A DNA stretch of 64,000 nucleotides from an uncultured bacterium (GTDB taxonomy: Bacteria; Muiribacteriota; Ozemobacteria; Ozemobacterales; Ozemobacteraceae), in the NCBI GenBank assembly GCA_964389325.1, contig CAYMEN010000005.1, positions 31,672 through 95,671 of the forward strand, written 5' to 3'. Position 1 is the first letter of the stretch, and every line of letters begins with the position of its first letter. This document shows, in pieces, positions 8,425 to 17,507 of the stretch. The notes beneath the pieces were generated by a model, which saw only the letters and a program-made list of their open reading frames with translations, was not told the DNA's origin and made no database searches. A program made the translations under genes and the position numbers.

Positions 8425-9537
8425 ATGAGCAACCAGCATGGAGCAGCTCCTGCCCAGGATCCCCGTCTCCAGGAAGATCTCGCGAGGGCGCGGAAATTCG
8501 TCGAGTATCTTCAGCATGCCGCCGCCGTCGGCAACCGGGCCAGCGATCAGCAACTCGCCTCCCTCGGCATGGCCCAGACGCCCTGCCGCACGGTCTACAC
8601 CGAAGGCACCTGTCGGCTGTTCGAATTCGAGGTCCTCGGCAAACCTCTCGACGCGCCGCCGATCTTCATGGTGTACTCCTTCATCAACCGATGGTACATC
8701 CTCGATCTCCAGCCTGGCCACAGCTTCATCGAAGCCCTGTCGAAGGCGGGATACAAGGTCTATCTCCTCGACTGGGGCATCCCCGGCCCGGAAAACGCCC
8801 AGCACGGCCTCGCCTACTATCTCGAGAAGGTCGCCCTCCGCGCCGTCCGCCGCGTCCGCCGCGCCGAGGGCGGAACGAAGCTCACCCTGTTCGGCTACTG
8901 CCTCGGCGGCACCTGCGCGGCGATGATGGCCGCCCTGCATCCCGACGAGTACGCGAACCTGGTCCTTCTCGCCACGCCTCTCGAGTTCACCGAGGGCGGC
9001 CTCCTCACGCTCTGGACCAACAAGGACTCGTTCGACCCGAAGAAACTCGCCGACGCGTTCGGCTGCGTGCCGGAAAAGATCCTGCACGCCCCGTTCCCCT
9101 ACCTGCAGGCCAGATCGACGTTCGCGAAGCCGCGCATCCTGTTCGAAAATATTCTTGATGATACATATTTACAGAATTTCAAGGTCCTCGACCGCTGGGC
9201 GACCGACAACGTGCCGTTCCCCGGCCAGACGTTCGTCGAGATCATCCGCGACTGCTACCAGGAAAACCTCCTCTCGCAGAACGCCATGCGCATCGACGGG
9301 AAAACCGTCGACCTGCGGACGATCACCTTCCCGACGCTGAACCTGTATGCGACGAACGACCACGTCGTCTCCGTCGAGTGCGCCGAGCGGAATCCCGACA
9401 TCCTTCCCAACTCGAAAGTGACGAACCGGAAGTACGAAGCCACCCATTTCACCCTGACCGTCGCCCACCCCATCCGGGAAACCGTCTGGAAAGACACGAT
9501 GGCGTGGCTGTCCCGCACCAAGCCTTCCAATATGTGA
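8425..9537 (+). CDS. phaC: Class III-type poly(R)-hydroxyalkanoate synthase catalytic subunit PhaC
   Basis: 370 aa. Lipase-box GYCLGG. ILDLQPGHSFIEALSKAGYKVYLLDWG segment typical of class III/IV PhaC. Size is consistent with a two-subunit synthase. Confidence 0.85.
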   Translation: MSNQHGAAPAQDPRLQEDLARARKFVEYLQHAAAVGNRASDQQLASLGMAQTPCRTVYTEGTCRLFEFEVLGKPLDAPPIFMVYSFINRWYILDLQPGHSFIEALSKAGYKVYLLDWGIPGPENAQHGLAYYLEKVALRAVRRVRRAEGGTKLTLFGYCLGGTCAAMMAALHPDEYANLVLLATPLEFTEGGLLTLWTNKDSFDPKKLADAFGCVPEKILHAPFPYLQARSTFAKPRILFENILDDTYLQNFKVLDRWATDNVPFPGQTFVEIIRDCYQENLLSQNAMRIDGKTVDLRTITFPTLNLYATNDHVVSVECAERNPDILPNSKVTNRKYEATHFTLTVAHPIRETVWKDTMAWLSRTKPSNM

Positions 9538-9553
9538 AGAGGAGACGAATCCC

Positions 9554-9916
9554 GTGACGAACCCGTTTGATTTCGGCCGCAACATGATGGAACTCTGGGA
9601 AAAATCCATGACCGAAACTTTCGAGCGCCTGACGAAGGATGAGCAGTTCCTCAAGTCCATGAGCCAGGTCATGTCCCAGTCCCTCGACGTGCGCAAGCAT
9701 CTCGGCGGCCAGATCGAGTCGTATCTGACTTCGATCAACATGCCTTCCAAATCCGAACTCGACCGAATGCTGTGCTATCTTCAGCGCGTCGAGGCCAAAC
9801 TCCTCGACCTCGAGGATCAGTTTGCCGAGATCCGCGACGAGATTTCTGCGCTCCGCCCGGGGCCGGCGGCGAAGCCGAAGCCGGCCAAACGGTCGCCTTC
9901 CACAAAAAAGGCCTGA
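9554..9916 (+). CDS. Short PhaE-like (PHA synthase class III partner / phasin-like) protein
   Basis: 17 nt downstream of phaC. C-terminal P-S-K-S-E-L-D..L..L..VEAKLLDLE motif resembles the PhaE/PhaF-type segment. At 120 aa it is much shorter than canonical PhaE. Confidence 0.5.
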   Translation: MTNPFDFGRNMMELWEKSMTETFERLTKDEQFLKSMSQVMSQSLDVRKHLGGQIESYLTSINMPSKSELDRMLCYLQRVEAKLLDLEDQFAEIRDEISALRPGPAAKPKPAKRSPSTKKA

Positions 9917-10020
9917 TCTTCTTCCGACCGAGCCGCCCGGGCGACTGCCCGGGCGGCGTATTTTTGCACCATGTTTTCTCTGCCCATCACATTTTCCAAC
10001 GCAAATCCCCGGGCAGGCAT

Positions 10021-10069
10021 TGTGCATTGCAAAATATTTCTTGACTTTTTATTGCATTGCGGGTATCCT
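10021..10069 (+). promoter_or_regulatory. Promoter (TTGACT-17-TATCCT) with two TGCATTGC(A/G) PhaR-type boxes flanking the -35
   Basis: GTGCATTGCAAAATATTTCTTGACTTTTTATTGCATTGCGGGTATCCT. Same box as at 7163. Confidence 0.55.
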
Positions 10070-10105
10070 CTGCTCATACCCCACACGGAATTCGACAAAG
10101 GAGCC

Positions 10106-10456
10106 ATGACGATGGAAGCACTGTTTCAAGAGTATCTCAAGGCCGGCCGCGACGTTCAGACGTTCTGGGAGAACCGGATCGCCCAGGCGATGGACGAGTT
10201 CGCGAAGTCGCAGACGTTCGTCAACACGATGACCCGCTCGCTCGAGCAGGGCCTCGACATGCGCAAGATGTGGGAAACGAACCTCAACCGCTGGGCCGAG
10301 ACCTTCCAGCTCGTCACCAAGCACGAGCTCGACGAGATCAGCCGCCGCCTCTACGACCAGAACGCTTACCTCGACAAGATCACGACCCAGCTCGCCGACA
10401 TCGCCGGCCAGGTTCGCACCCAGACCGAAGCCGTCACCGGTCGGAATACCAACTGA
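10106..10456 (+). CDS. Second short PhaE-like/phasin-like protein
   Basis: Start at MTMEAL (ATG 10106), preceded by AAAGGAG. Shares the HELDEISRRL..LDKITTQL motif type with the 9554 protein. Promoter with two TGCATTGC boxes upstream. Confidence 0.5.
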   Translation: MTMEALFQEYLKAGRDVQTFWENRIAQAMDEFAKSQTFVNTMTRSLEQGLDMRKMWETNLNRWAETFQLVTKHELDEISRRLYDQNAYLDKITTQLADIAGQVRTQTEAVTGRNTN

Positions 10457-10660
10457 AGCCGGTTTCAGGAACGAATCCGCAGATCGAGAGCCGATGGAAG
10501 CAGATGAAGGACAGATGAGATCCGCATCCTGGAAACATTTGATGTTCGATATAATCTGGCAACTCAAGGAAAAACGTGTTCCAGGATTTCATCTGTGTCA
10601 TCTGCGCCATCTGCGGATGGGTTCTCGCAACAGATCCTCAATCGCCAACAGGAGGCGACG

Positions 10661-11746
10661 ATGAACGACACCCTCACGAAAAGCGCGTCCAGGCTTCTTG
10701 AAGCGACGGCCGCCAACATCGACCTCGCCGGCCGCATCATCGAGAAGAACCTCGACTCGCTCCTCTCCGCCTCACCTGCATCGCACGACGAGCCATATCG
10801 CGGTGCAACAATGGTCGAGGAGATCTTCCGGTTCGACTCGATGAAGCTCCTGCGCTACCGCGGCACGGCCCCGATCACCTGCCCGACGCCGCTGGTGCTC
10901 GTCCCGTCTCTGATCAACCGCGCCTACATCATGGACCTGATGCCCTCCGCGACCCTGGCCGGCCATCTTCGCGAGGCGGGCATTCAGGTCTACCTGCTCG
11001 ACTGGGGCACCCCCGGCCCGCAGCACGACCACCTGCCGTTCCGGTTCTTCGTCGACGAGCTCATCGCCATGGCCGTGCGCGAGGCGTGTCGCGATACCGG
11101 CGCCCGGAAAGCGTCGCTGCTCGGCTACTGCATGGGCGGCACCATGCCGCTCCTCCACGCCGCTCTCCATCCTGACCGCATCGAGCGGCTCGTCATGCTC
11201 GCCGCCCCCGTCAACTTCCATGACGAAGGCACTCTCTCTGCCTGGGCGCGCAAGGAGGCCTTCGACGTCGACACGCTCGTCGATGTCCTCGGACATGCCG
11301 ACTGCGCGATGCTCCAGTCGTCCTTCCAGCTGATCAAGCCCTTCTCGGGGTATCAGAAGTGGAAGAACGTGTTCGAGGGCAGTCTCGACTCGAAGGCCGC
11401 CGAAAGCATCGTCGCCCTCGAGGCCTGGCTGAACGACAACGTCAACGTTCCCGGCGAGGCGTATCGCGGCTATGTGAAACTCTGTTACCACGACAACGCC
11501 ATCAGGAACCGGTGCTTCGATTTCGACGGGAGCCGGATCGACCTCGAAAAGCTTTCCATCCCGGTCATGAACGTCATGGCCTCGAAGGACCACATCGTTC
11601 CGATCGAGTCTTCCCGGTTTCTGTCCCAGCTTGTTTCGGGACCGGTCACGGATCTCGTGATCGATGCAGGGCACATCGGCGTCGTCATGGGCCGAAAGGC
11701 CCGCGGCATGTTCGAATCCGTCGCGAAGTTTCACACCAACGCCTGA
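10661..11746 (+). CDS. phaC: Second class III-type PHA synthase PhaC paralog
   Basis: Lipase-box GYCMGG. LINRAYIMDLMPSATLAGHLREAGIQVYLLDWG. GGAGG RBS at 10651. Terminator hairpin follows. Confidence 0.8.
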   Translation: MNDTLTKSASRLLEATAANIDLAGRIIEKNLDSLLSASPASHDEPYRGATMVEEIFRFDSMKLLRYRGTAPITCPTPLVLVPSLINRAYIMDLMPSATLAGHLREAGIQVYLLDWGTPGPQHDHLPFRFFVDELIAMAVREACRDTGARKASLLGYCMGGTMPLLHAALHPDRIERLVMLAAPVNFHDEGTLSAWARKEAFDVDTLVDVLGHADCAMLQSSFQLIKPFSGYQKWKNVFEGSLDSKAAESIVALEAWLNDNVNVPGEAYRGYVKLCYHDNAIRNRCFDFDGSRIDLEKLSIPVMNVMASKDHIVPIESSRFLSQLVSGPVTDLVIDAGHIGVVMGRKARGMFESVAKFHTNA

Positions 11747-11781
11747 GTTCACCAATTTCATCCCACGTTCCTATGTTCTTG

Positions 11782-11818
11782 GGACCGGCTCGCAAGAGCC
11801 GGTCCATTTTGTATTTGA
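11782..11818 (+). terminator. Terminator after phaC paralog
   Basis: GGACCGGCTCGCAAGAGCCGGTCC followed by ATTTTGTATTTG. Confidence 0.6.
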
Positions 11819-11994
11819 TATATAATACGCTATTGTTCTTTCCACGTCCGGACAGGCTCCTTTTCCGGACCCCGACAAAACGAAACTCACGCCGGTCACG
11901 ATCCGTTTCCATTTGCAAAAATTCCTCTATATCGAATATGATCCCTGTCGAAAAAATGAAACTCCCTTCTTTCCATCACCGTCTGGAGGAGCCC

Positions 11995-13341
11995 ATGAGC
12001 CAGGATCTGAAGCAGTGGTCTGTTTTCTTTCTCGTTCTCGTCATCGCCTCCCTGCCCGCCAAAGCCATTGGCGCGGGGTACATGGTGCGTGAGCACGGCA
12101 CGACCGGCATGTCCAGCGCTTTTGCCGGAGTGCACACCGGCGCGCACGATCTCGCCGACACGTATTTCAACCCGGCGGCCCTGGTGCTCCACGCGCCGGG
12201 GGAAGCGATCGTCTCGGTGCTGCAGCTCGATCCGGACGTGCGCTTTTCCCTGAGAGGCGCCACAACGGCCGTCGGCACGGCGGTCGGCGGGTATCCCGGA
12301 GGAGAGGATGGGGCTCCCACGGCCACGATCCCGGCCGTCTACGCCTCCCTTGCCGATTCAAAGGGATGGCGGTTCGGTCTTGCCATGAACGCCCCGTGGG
12401 GCCTCAGCACGAAGTATACGCCGACCTGGGTCGGCCGTTACTATGCGATCGATTCCGAAATGACCTCCCTGGCGGTCATGCCGGTTGCCGGCAGACGGCT
12501 CGATTCGAAGTGGATGTTCGCCGCCGGGCTGAACATCCAGTCCATCGATGCGAAGCTCACCAACGCCGTCGATTACGGAACGATCGCGGCGGGGAGCGGC
12601 ATCCCGGGTGCCGCGCCGGCCACGCAGGACGGCGTCGCGGAAATGACCGGCGATGCCCGGGACGTCGGCTTCGTTCTCGGCTTCATCTGCGACATTTCCC
12701 CCCGGGACCGGGCCGGCCTCTCGTATCGTTCGGCCGTCCGGCACACCCTGAAGGGCGACTGCCGCTTCGGATTCGACGCCGCCGGCATGGCGGGAGCGAT
12801 GAACGCGGCAACGGGGCTTTTCTCCCACACCGGCGCGCGTTCCGACCTCACGACGCCCGAAATTCTCGGCATCGGGTACAGCCGCACCTGCGGCGCCTCC
12901 TGGACCGTGATGCTCGACGCGGCGAAAACGTTCTGGCACCGCTACGGCGGCCTGCGGGTCACTTTCGACAACCCCGCGCAGCCAGATTCCTTCACGGCGG
13001 AAGACTGGAAAGACGTCTGGTATACCTCGCTCGGCGCGATCTACCGGCCGAGTTCGCGGCTCGCCTGGCGCGCCGGCGTGGCCCGCGACCGCTCCCCCAT
13101 CCCCGATTCGCGCCGCACGCCCCGCATCCCTGGTTCCGACAGCCTGCAGATCGCCCTCGGAGCTGAATACCGCACGTCCGACCGCATGGTGATCTCGGCA
13201 GGATTCATGCGGATCTGGTATGACGACGCCCCGATCGATCTCCGGGCGGCTGACCCCGGCAACCTCCTGCGGGGCAACCTCTCCGGCGACTTCACCACCG
13301 GCCTCGACATCTACGGCATCCAGGCTTCATATATTTGGTAA
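11995..13341 (+). CDS. Outer-membrane FadL/TodX (OMPP1) family long-chain fatty acid / hydrophobic compound transporter
   Basis: Signal peptide MSQDLKQWSVFFLVLVIASLPAKA. GYMVREHGTTGMSSAFAGVHTG..NPAAL start motif. C-terminal aromatic end ..SYIW. GGAGGA RBS. Confidence 0.75.
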   Translation: MSQDLKQWSVFFLVLVIASLPAKAIGAGYMVREHGTTGMSSAFAGVHTGAHDLADTYFNPAALVLHAPGEAIVSVLQLDPDVRFSLRGATTAVGTAVGGYPGGEDGAPTATIPAVYASLADSKGWRFGLAMNAPWGLSTKYTPTWVGRYYAIDSEMTSLAVMPVAGRRLDSKWMFAAGLNIQSIDAKLTNAVDYGTIAAGSGIPGAAPATQDGVAEMTGDARDVGFVLGFICDISPRDRAGLSYRSAVRHTLKGDCRFGFDAAGMAGAMNAATGLFSHTGARSDLTTPEILGIGYSRTCGASWTVMLDAAKTFWHRYGGLRVTFDNPAQPDSFTAEDWKDVWYTSLGAIYRPSSRLAWRAGVARDRSPIPDSRRTPRIPGSDSLQIALGAEYRTSDRMVISAGFMRIWYDDAPIDLRAADPGNLLRGNLSGDFTTGLDIYGIQASYIW

Positions 13342-13357
13342 TATTGTATAACGACAA

Positions 13358-13398
13358 GACGCCCCGCCGGCATCGAGCCTGCGGGGCGTCTTTCTTCT
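13358..13398 (+). terminator. Terminator after fadL (between convergent genes)
   Basis: GACGCCCCGC..GCGGGGCGTC stem followed by TTTCTTCT. Confidence 0.6.
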
Positions 13399-13433
13399 CG
13401 CCCTTCGACAAGCGCAGGGCGAACGGGTGGCTT

Positions 13434-14066
13434 TCATTCTGCAGGACAGCAGCTCAGAATATCCCGAACGGCCGGCTTTTTCGGGCATTCCGGCTTCGCC
13501 GCGGGCCAGCCGACGGGAATCACGGCGCCCAGCCGCCAGGGCTTTTCGATGCGCAGGAGCCGTTCGAGCGGATTTTCCGCCACCAGCGGACCGCTCATCC
13601 AGCAGCTTCCGAGGCCGAAGGCATGCAGGCCGAGCAGCAGGGCATGCACCGCTCCGCCGAACGCCTGGATCTCGGCGAGACCTTCGAGCGTCCGGTCATT
13701 CTCGCCGCTCGGCAGGCGGGACGCGAAGCTTCGATACGCCCCGAACAGGACGACGGGCGCGCGATCGAAAAACGTGAACCATTTCGAGTAGTCGCGAAAC
13801 GCCGCGGCCGAAGCCTCGTCGAGCCTGCCGGCGATCTCGTCGATGCGGCGCAGGACGTCCTGGCTCATCGACTGGAGCAGAAGCTGGTCGGAAACGGCAA
13901 TGAACCGAAAACACTGCCGGTTCGTCGGCGCAGGCGAGTACCGAACGGCTTCGATGACGCGTTCGATGATCGCCGGGTCGACGGGATCCGGACGGAACTG
14001 GCGCACGCTCCGCCGTTCCGACATCAGCCCGGCAAAGGCGTCGAATGTCGCGAAAGCGTCACTCAC
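13434..14066 (-). CDS. Nitroreductase-family protein
   Basis: ERRSVRQFRPDPVDPAIIERVIEAVRYSPAPTNRQCFRFIAV is the classic nitroreductase fold signature. Overlaps the upstream gene by 4 nt. Confidence 0.8.
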   Translation of the reverse strand: MSDAFATFDAFAGLMSERRSVRQFRPDPVDPAIIERVIEAVRYSPAPTNRQCFRFIAVSDQLLLQSMSQDVLRRIDEIAGRLDEASAAAFRDYSKWFTFFDRAPVVLFGAYRSFASRLPSGENDRTLEGLAEIQAFGGAVHALLLGLHAFGLGSCWMSGPLVAENPLERLLRIEKPWRLGAVIPVGWPAAKPECPKKPAVRDILSCCPAE

Positions 14067-14365
14067 CTGTATGACTCCTGGACAGCCCGTTTCTTCTCGA
14101 GCTTGCGAATCTCCTCGTCGCGCTTGTTGAGGTAGGTTCGCAGATCCCCGTTCCGTTTGACGAGGATGTCCATCATCTTGTAGGCCTCCTGCCTGTGCTT
14201 GCTGTTCGGGTAATACCGGACGATCCGCTCGAACGCCTCGTATGCGGGGAAGTCATACTGCCAGCCGATCATCAGATTCGCCTGGAAATAGAACACCCTG
14301 TCGCCATAGATGTAGCCCAGGATTCCCAGGATGACGAGAAAGACGAAAATATGCCTGAAAAACAT
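14063..14365 (-). CDS. Small membrane protein (100 aa), hypothetical
   Basis: N-terminal TM helix (FFRHIFVFLVILGILGYIY) then a charged helical tail. GGAGG RBS. Lower-GC codon usage. Confidence 0.55.
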   Translation of the reverse strand: MFFRHIFVFLVILGILGYIYGDRVFYFQANLMIGWQYDFPAYEAFERIVRYYPNSKHRQEAYKMMDILVKRNGDLRTYLNKRDEEIRKLEKKRAVQESYR

Positions 14366-14404
14366 CGTTCAACCTCCGTGCCGATCTGATTCCTCCTCCG
14401 TGCC

Positions 14405-15373
14405 TCAGACTGCCGGCCGCACCTCGCAGCGGTCCCCCGTCGGAAGGGGCATCGGAATGACTTTCGCTTCCCGCGTCCGCCGGGCCGTCTGGCCGGTGGG
14501 CATTCCCAGGGTCGGAATGCACAGGACGACGGCATTGATGAGGCTCACCTGAATCTTCAACGCGTGCTTTTCCTTCAGTTCATCGATTTTCCGCGTCTGC
14601 TCCGACTCGAGTTCGCGCATCATCCTGTCGATTTCCTCCTCCTTCTGGAAGAAATACAGGTGGAAGCAGACGTTTTCACGTTTCTTCTGGAGTTCCCGCT
14701 TCTGGTCTTCGAGATACTCCTGGACCTTGGCGAGCTCCAGCTGGTAAGACTCCTCGGACTCGGCCTGCAGTTCCCGGATATGATCCTCGAGGGAGGATTC
14801 GAGCGTCCTGCATGCCTGGAGATACAAACGGACGAGATCTTCACCGGATTCCTGGATCGGAAGCGCGGGGTCGGGCATTTCGCTGAACTCGTTCAGATCG
14901 ATTCCGCTCAAGCCCTCCTTCAATGATATTTCGCGCTTCGCGGGGTCCGCAAGTGCCGAGTAGAGAAGTTCGCGGCGCTGGTCTGCCGTAACGCTGACCC
15001 GGAAATGGAACAGCACCTGCTGCCGGTAATGCGCCTTGCAGCCGCTGATCACACGCAGGTCGCCGGGCTGTCCGGACGATGAGGGAAGTTCGGGAGCCGC
15101 GGCGCTGAACAATCGGCTGACCTTGGGAATCTCCACGAGCCTGTCGACGATCTTGCGGAGCATGAACGAGCCCGAGCAGATCAGCTCCAGCTCGCGCCGC
15201 CGTTCCGCGATCTCGCGCTCGAAGGTGAAGTGCAGGTGCTCGTAGCCGTTGAAGAAGGCACGTTCCGCCTCGGGGATCTCGGCGCACCAGACGCCTTCGG
15301 AGGTTTCCCACCTGGAAATACCGACCTTATCCATGAACGAGAAGACGAGGGTCTGGATTTTACTCGTTTCCAT
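14405..15373 (-). CDS. Hypothetical coiled-coil protein (322 aa) co-transcribed with SNF2 helicase
   Basis: Overlaps the helicase gene by 14 nt. Central E/K/Q-rich coiled coil (EDHIRELQAESEESYQLELAKVQEYLEDQKRELQKKR). No recognisable catalytic motif. Confidence 0.6.
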   Translation of the reverse strand: METSKIQTLVFSFMDKVGISRWETSEGVWCAEIPEAERAFFNGYEHLHFTFEREIAERRRELELICSGSFMLRKIVDRLVEIPKVSRLFSAAAPELPSSSGQPGDLRVISGCKAHYRQQVLFHFRVSVTADQRRELLYSALADPAKREISLKEGLSGIDLNEFSEMPDPALPIQESGEDLVRLYLQACRTLESSLEDHIRELQAESEESYQLELAKVQEYLEDQKRELQKKRENVCFHLYFFQKEEEIDRMMRELESEQTRKIDELKEKHALKIQVSLINAVVLCIPTLGMPTGQTARRTREAKVIPMPLPTGDRCEVRPAV

Positions 15374-17507
15374 TGAAGATGTCCTCCTGGGCGCGGGTTA
15401 TGTCCTGATGGACCTTGAGAGCCTTTTCGAGCTTGTTGCCGAGCGTCTGGAACTTGCGCTTCATCGCTTCCTGGTTCGGCGACATCGTCACGATATCGAT
15501 GATGATCTGCTCGAGCGTCTTCTTCGAATGCATATTGCCGAGAATCATTTCGAGTTCGCCGATGATGAGGCGGAACATGTTGATCTTCTTGTCGAGTAGC
15601 TCGAGCACGTAGGACTCGATCGTGTCGCTCGCGCTAAGGTTGATGATATGGACGTCGTCTGTCTGGCCGAGGCGGTGGATACGGCCGATTCGCTGTTCGA
15701 TGCGCATCGGGTTCCAGGGGAGATCGTAGTTGACGAGCACCTTGCAGAACTGCAGGTTGCGGCCTTCGCCGCCGGACTCGGTTGAGATCAGGATCTGGTT
15801 CTTGTTCCGGAACGACTCGATGCAGGCATCCTTCTCGACCTGCGACAGCTGGCCGTTGAAGATCGAGACCGAATACCCCCGCTCGCGGAGCAGGTCGGCG
15901 AGATAATCCTGGGTGCCGCGGAACTGCGTGAAAATGATCAGTTTCTCGTTGAGATTGCCGAGCAGTTCCAGCAGGACCTCGGTTTTTCTCGACATGCCGA
16001 CGTTGTTGGCAAGGTGAAGCAGGCGCTTGAGCGAATCGTCGAAATCGTCCTTGTAGAAATTGCTGGAAATCATCTTCGTGAGCGCCCGCTTGAGCGCCTG
16101 CGTCGAGCTGCCCATCAGTTTCTGCAAAAGGATGAGGGTGAGCCGGTTGATGCCGCGTGGATTGTTGTGGGTCGGCAGGGTGAAGTAGCGGCGGCGGATG
16201 AAGTCGGTCAGTTCGCTGTACAGGCGCGCCTCGTCAGGTTTGAGGGTGATCGCCTGGGTATGGACGAACCGCTGGGGGAACTTGATCATCGTGTCGCTGC
16301 GGCGATGCCGGATCATGATCTCCGACAGCATGGCCCGCAGTTTCAGTGAGTTTTTCGGAATACGCTTGTCGCGCTCGGCCAGAAAGTCGCCCTTGAACTT
16401 CTGCAAGGTCGACAGATGGCCCGGCTTGAGGATCGTGATCAGGTTGAACAGCTCGATCAAATCGTTCTGGATCGGCGTCGCGGTGAGCATCAGCAGATAT
16501 TTCGTCTTGATCGAGTTCACGAACTTCCAGTTCTGGGTCTTCTTGTTCTTCAGCTTGTGCGCTTCGTCGATGATCAGCAGGTCATAATTGACCTTCTGGA
16601 CCGACTTCTGGTTCTTCTGGCTTTTCGCGGTGTCGAGCGAGGCGATGACCAGGTCGGACTGCTCCCAGTCGGTGATTTCGTTATGGTTCTTGAAGCTGAG
16701 GTCGAACTTGGTCTTGAGCTCCTGCTGCCACTGCGTGATCAGCGAGGCCGGCGTGAGAATCAGGACCTTGCGCACCATGCCGCGAAGCAGATATTCCTTG
16801 AGAATCAGTCCGGCTTCGATCGTTTTGCCCAAGCCGACCTCGTCCGCGAGCAAAGCACGGCCGTTGTATCGCCCGAGCACGCTGTGGACGGTGTTCAGCT
16901 GGTGCTGATACGCCGAGACGCCGAAGCACGTGGTGAGCGACATCAACTCCTGGTCGTCGCCGCGGGCGTTCATCTCCTCGCCCTGGAGAATCAGGCCGGT
17001 TTCGGCATACGGGGAGAAATCGCCGGCAATCAGCTTGCGAAGGACTTCGAGGTTCCCTGACGTATACTGGATCGGAAGGTCTCCGCCCGAGCGCATCGTC
17101 ATCTTGACCTCGTCTGATTTTGCGGCCAGTTTTTCCGCATCCGGAACGACGCGGTACAGCCGATACCGGCGCTCGGCCAGGCTGATCAGCTCGATGCCGA
17201 TCTGGTCTCCCTCGCGCATCTGGTTCTTTTCCCACCATTCGCCGAACGAGAGGCAGACCATGTAGCCGCGGGCCTTGTGATATATTGCAGAATACACAAC
17301 CTCGGCATCGTCGACGAACAGGATGGAACTGAGGTCTTCCTTGAAGGGGAACAGGCGGAGCATCTCGGGCGTGAGGAACAGGTATCCCTCCTGGAACGCC
17401 TTTCCCTTGACCTGGAACGCGACGCCGGCGTGGCCGACACTGTTGATCTGGACGAGCGGAGACTTGACGCCGCCCCCCCGTTTCACGGTCATCGAGTTCG
17501 TCATCAT
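15360..17507 (-). CDS. SNF2-family (Swi2/Snf2/RapA-like) helicase with ~190-aa N-terminal B3/EcoRII-N-like putative DNA-binding domain
   Basis: Motif I LADEVGLGKT, DEAH box LIIDEAHKLKN, TATPIQN, QRIGRIHRLGQ. N-terminal segment YHKARGYMVCLSFGEWWEKNQMREGDQIGIEL resembles the B3 pseudobarrel C-terminal strand pattern. Start overlaps the LysM gene stop (ATGA). Confidence 0.8.
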   Translation of the reverse strand: MMTNSMTVKRGGGVKSPLVQINSVGHAGVAFQVKGKAFQEGYLFLTPEMLRLFPFKEDLSSILFVDDAEVVYSAIYHKARGYMVCLSFGEWWEKNQMREGDQIGIELISLAERRYRLYRVVPDAEKLAAKSDEVKMTMRSGGDLPIQYTSGNLEVLRKLIAGDFSPYAETGLILQGEEMNARGDDQELMSLTTCFGVSAYQHQLNTVHSVLGRYNGRALLADEVGLGKTIEAGLILKEYLLRGMVRKVLILTPASLITQWQQELKTKFDLSFKNHNEITDWEQSDLVIASLDTAKSQKNQKSVQKVNYDLLIIDEAHKLKNKKTQNWKFVNSIKTKYLLMLTATPIQNDLIELFNLITILKPGHLSTLQKFKGDFLAERDKRIPKNSLKLRAMLSEIMIRHRRSDTMIKFPQRFVHTQAITLKPDEARLYSELTDFIRRRYFTLPTHNNPRGINRLTLILLQKLMGSSTQALKRALTKMISSNFYKDDFDDSLKRLLHLANNVGMSRKTEVLLELLGNLNEKLIIFTQFRGTQDYLADLLRERGYSVSIFNGQLSQVEKDACIESFRNKNQILISTESGGEGRNLQFCKVLVNYDLPWNPMRIEQRIGRIHRLGQTDDVHIINLSASDTIESYVLELLDKKINMFRLIIGELEMILGNMHSKKTLEQIIIDIVTMSPNQEAMKRKFQTLGNKLEKALKVHQDITRAQEDIFNGNE

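Noticed and set aside
9554-9916. Calling the 120-aa protein a canonical PhaE
   Set aside because: It is only one-third the length of characterised PhaE, so it is reported as PhaE-like/phasin-like with moderate confidence rather than as phaE.
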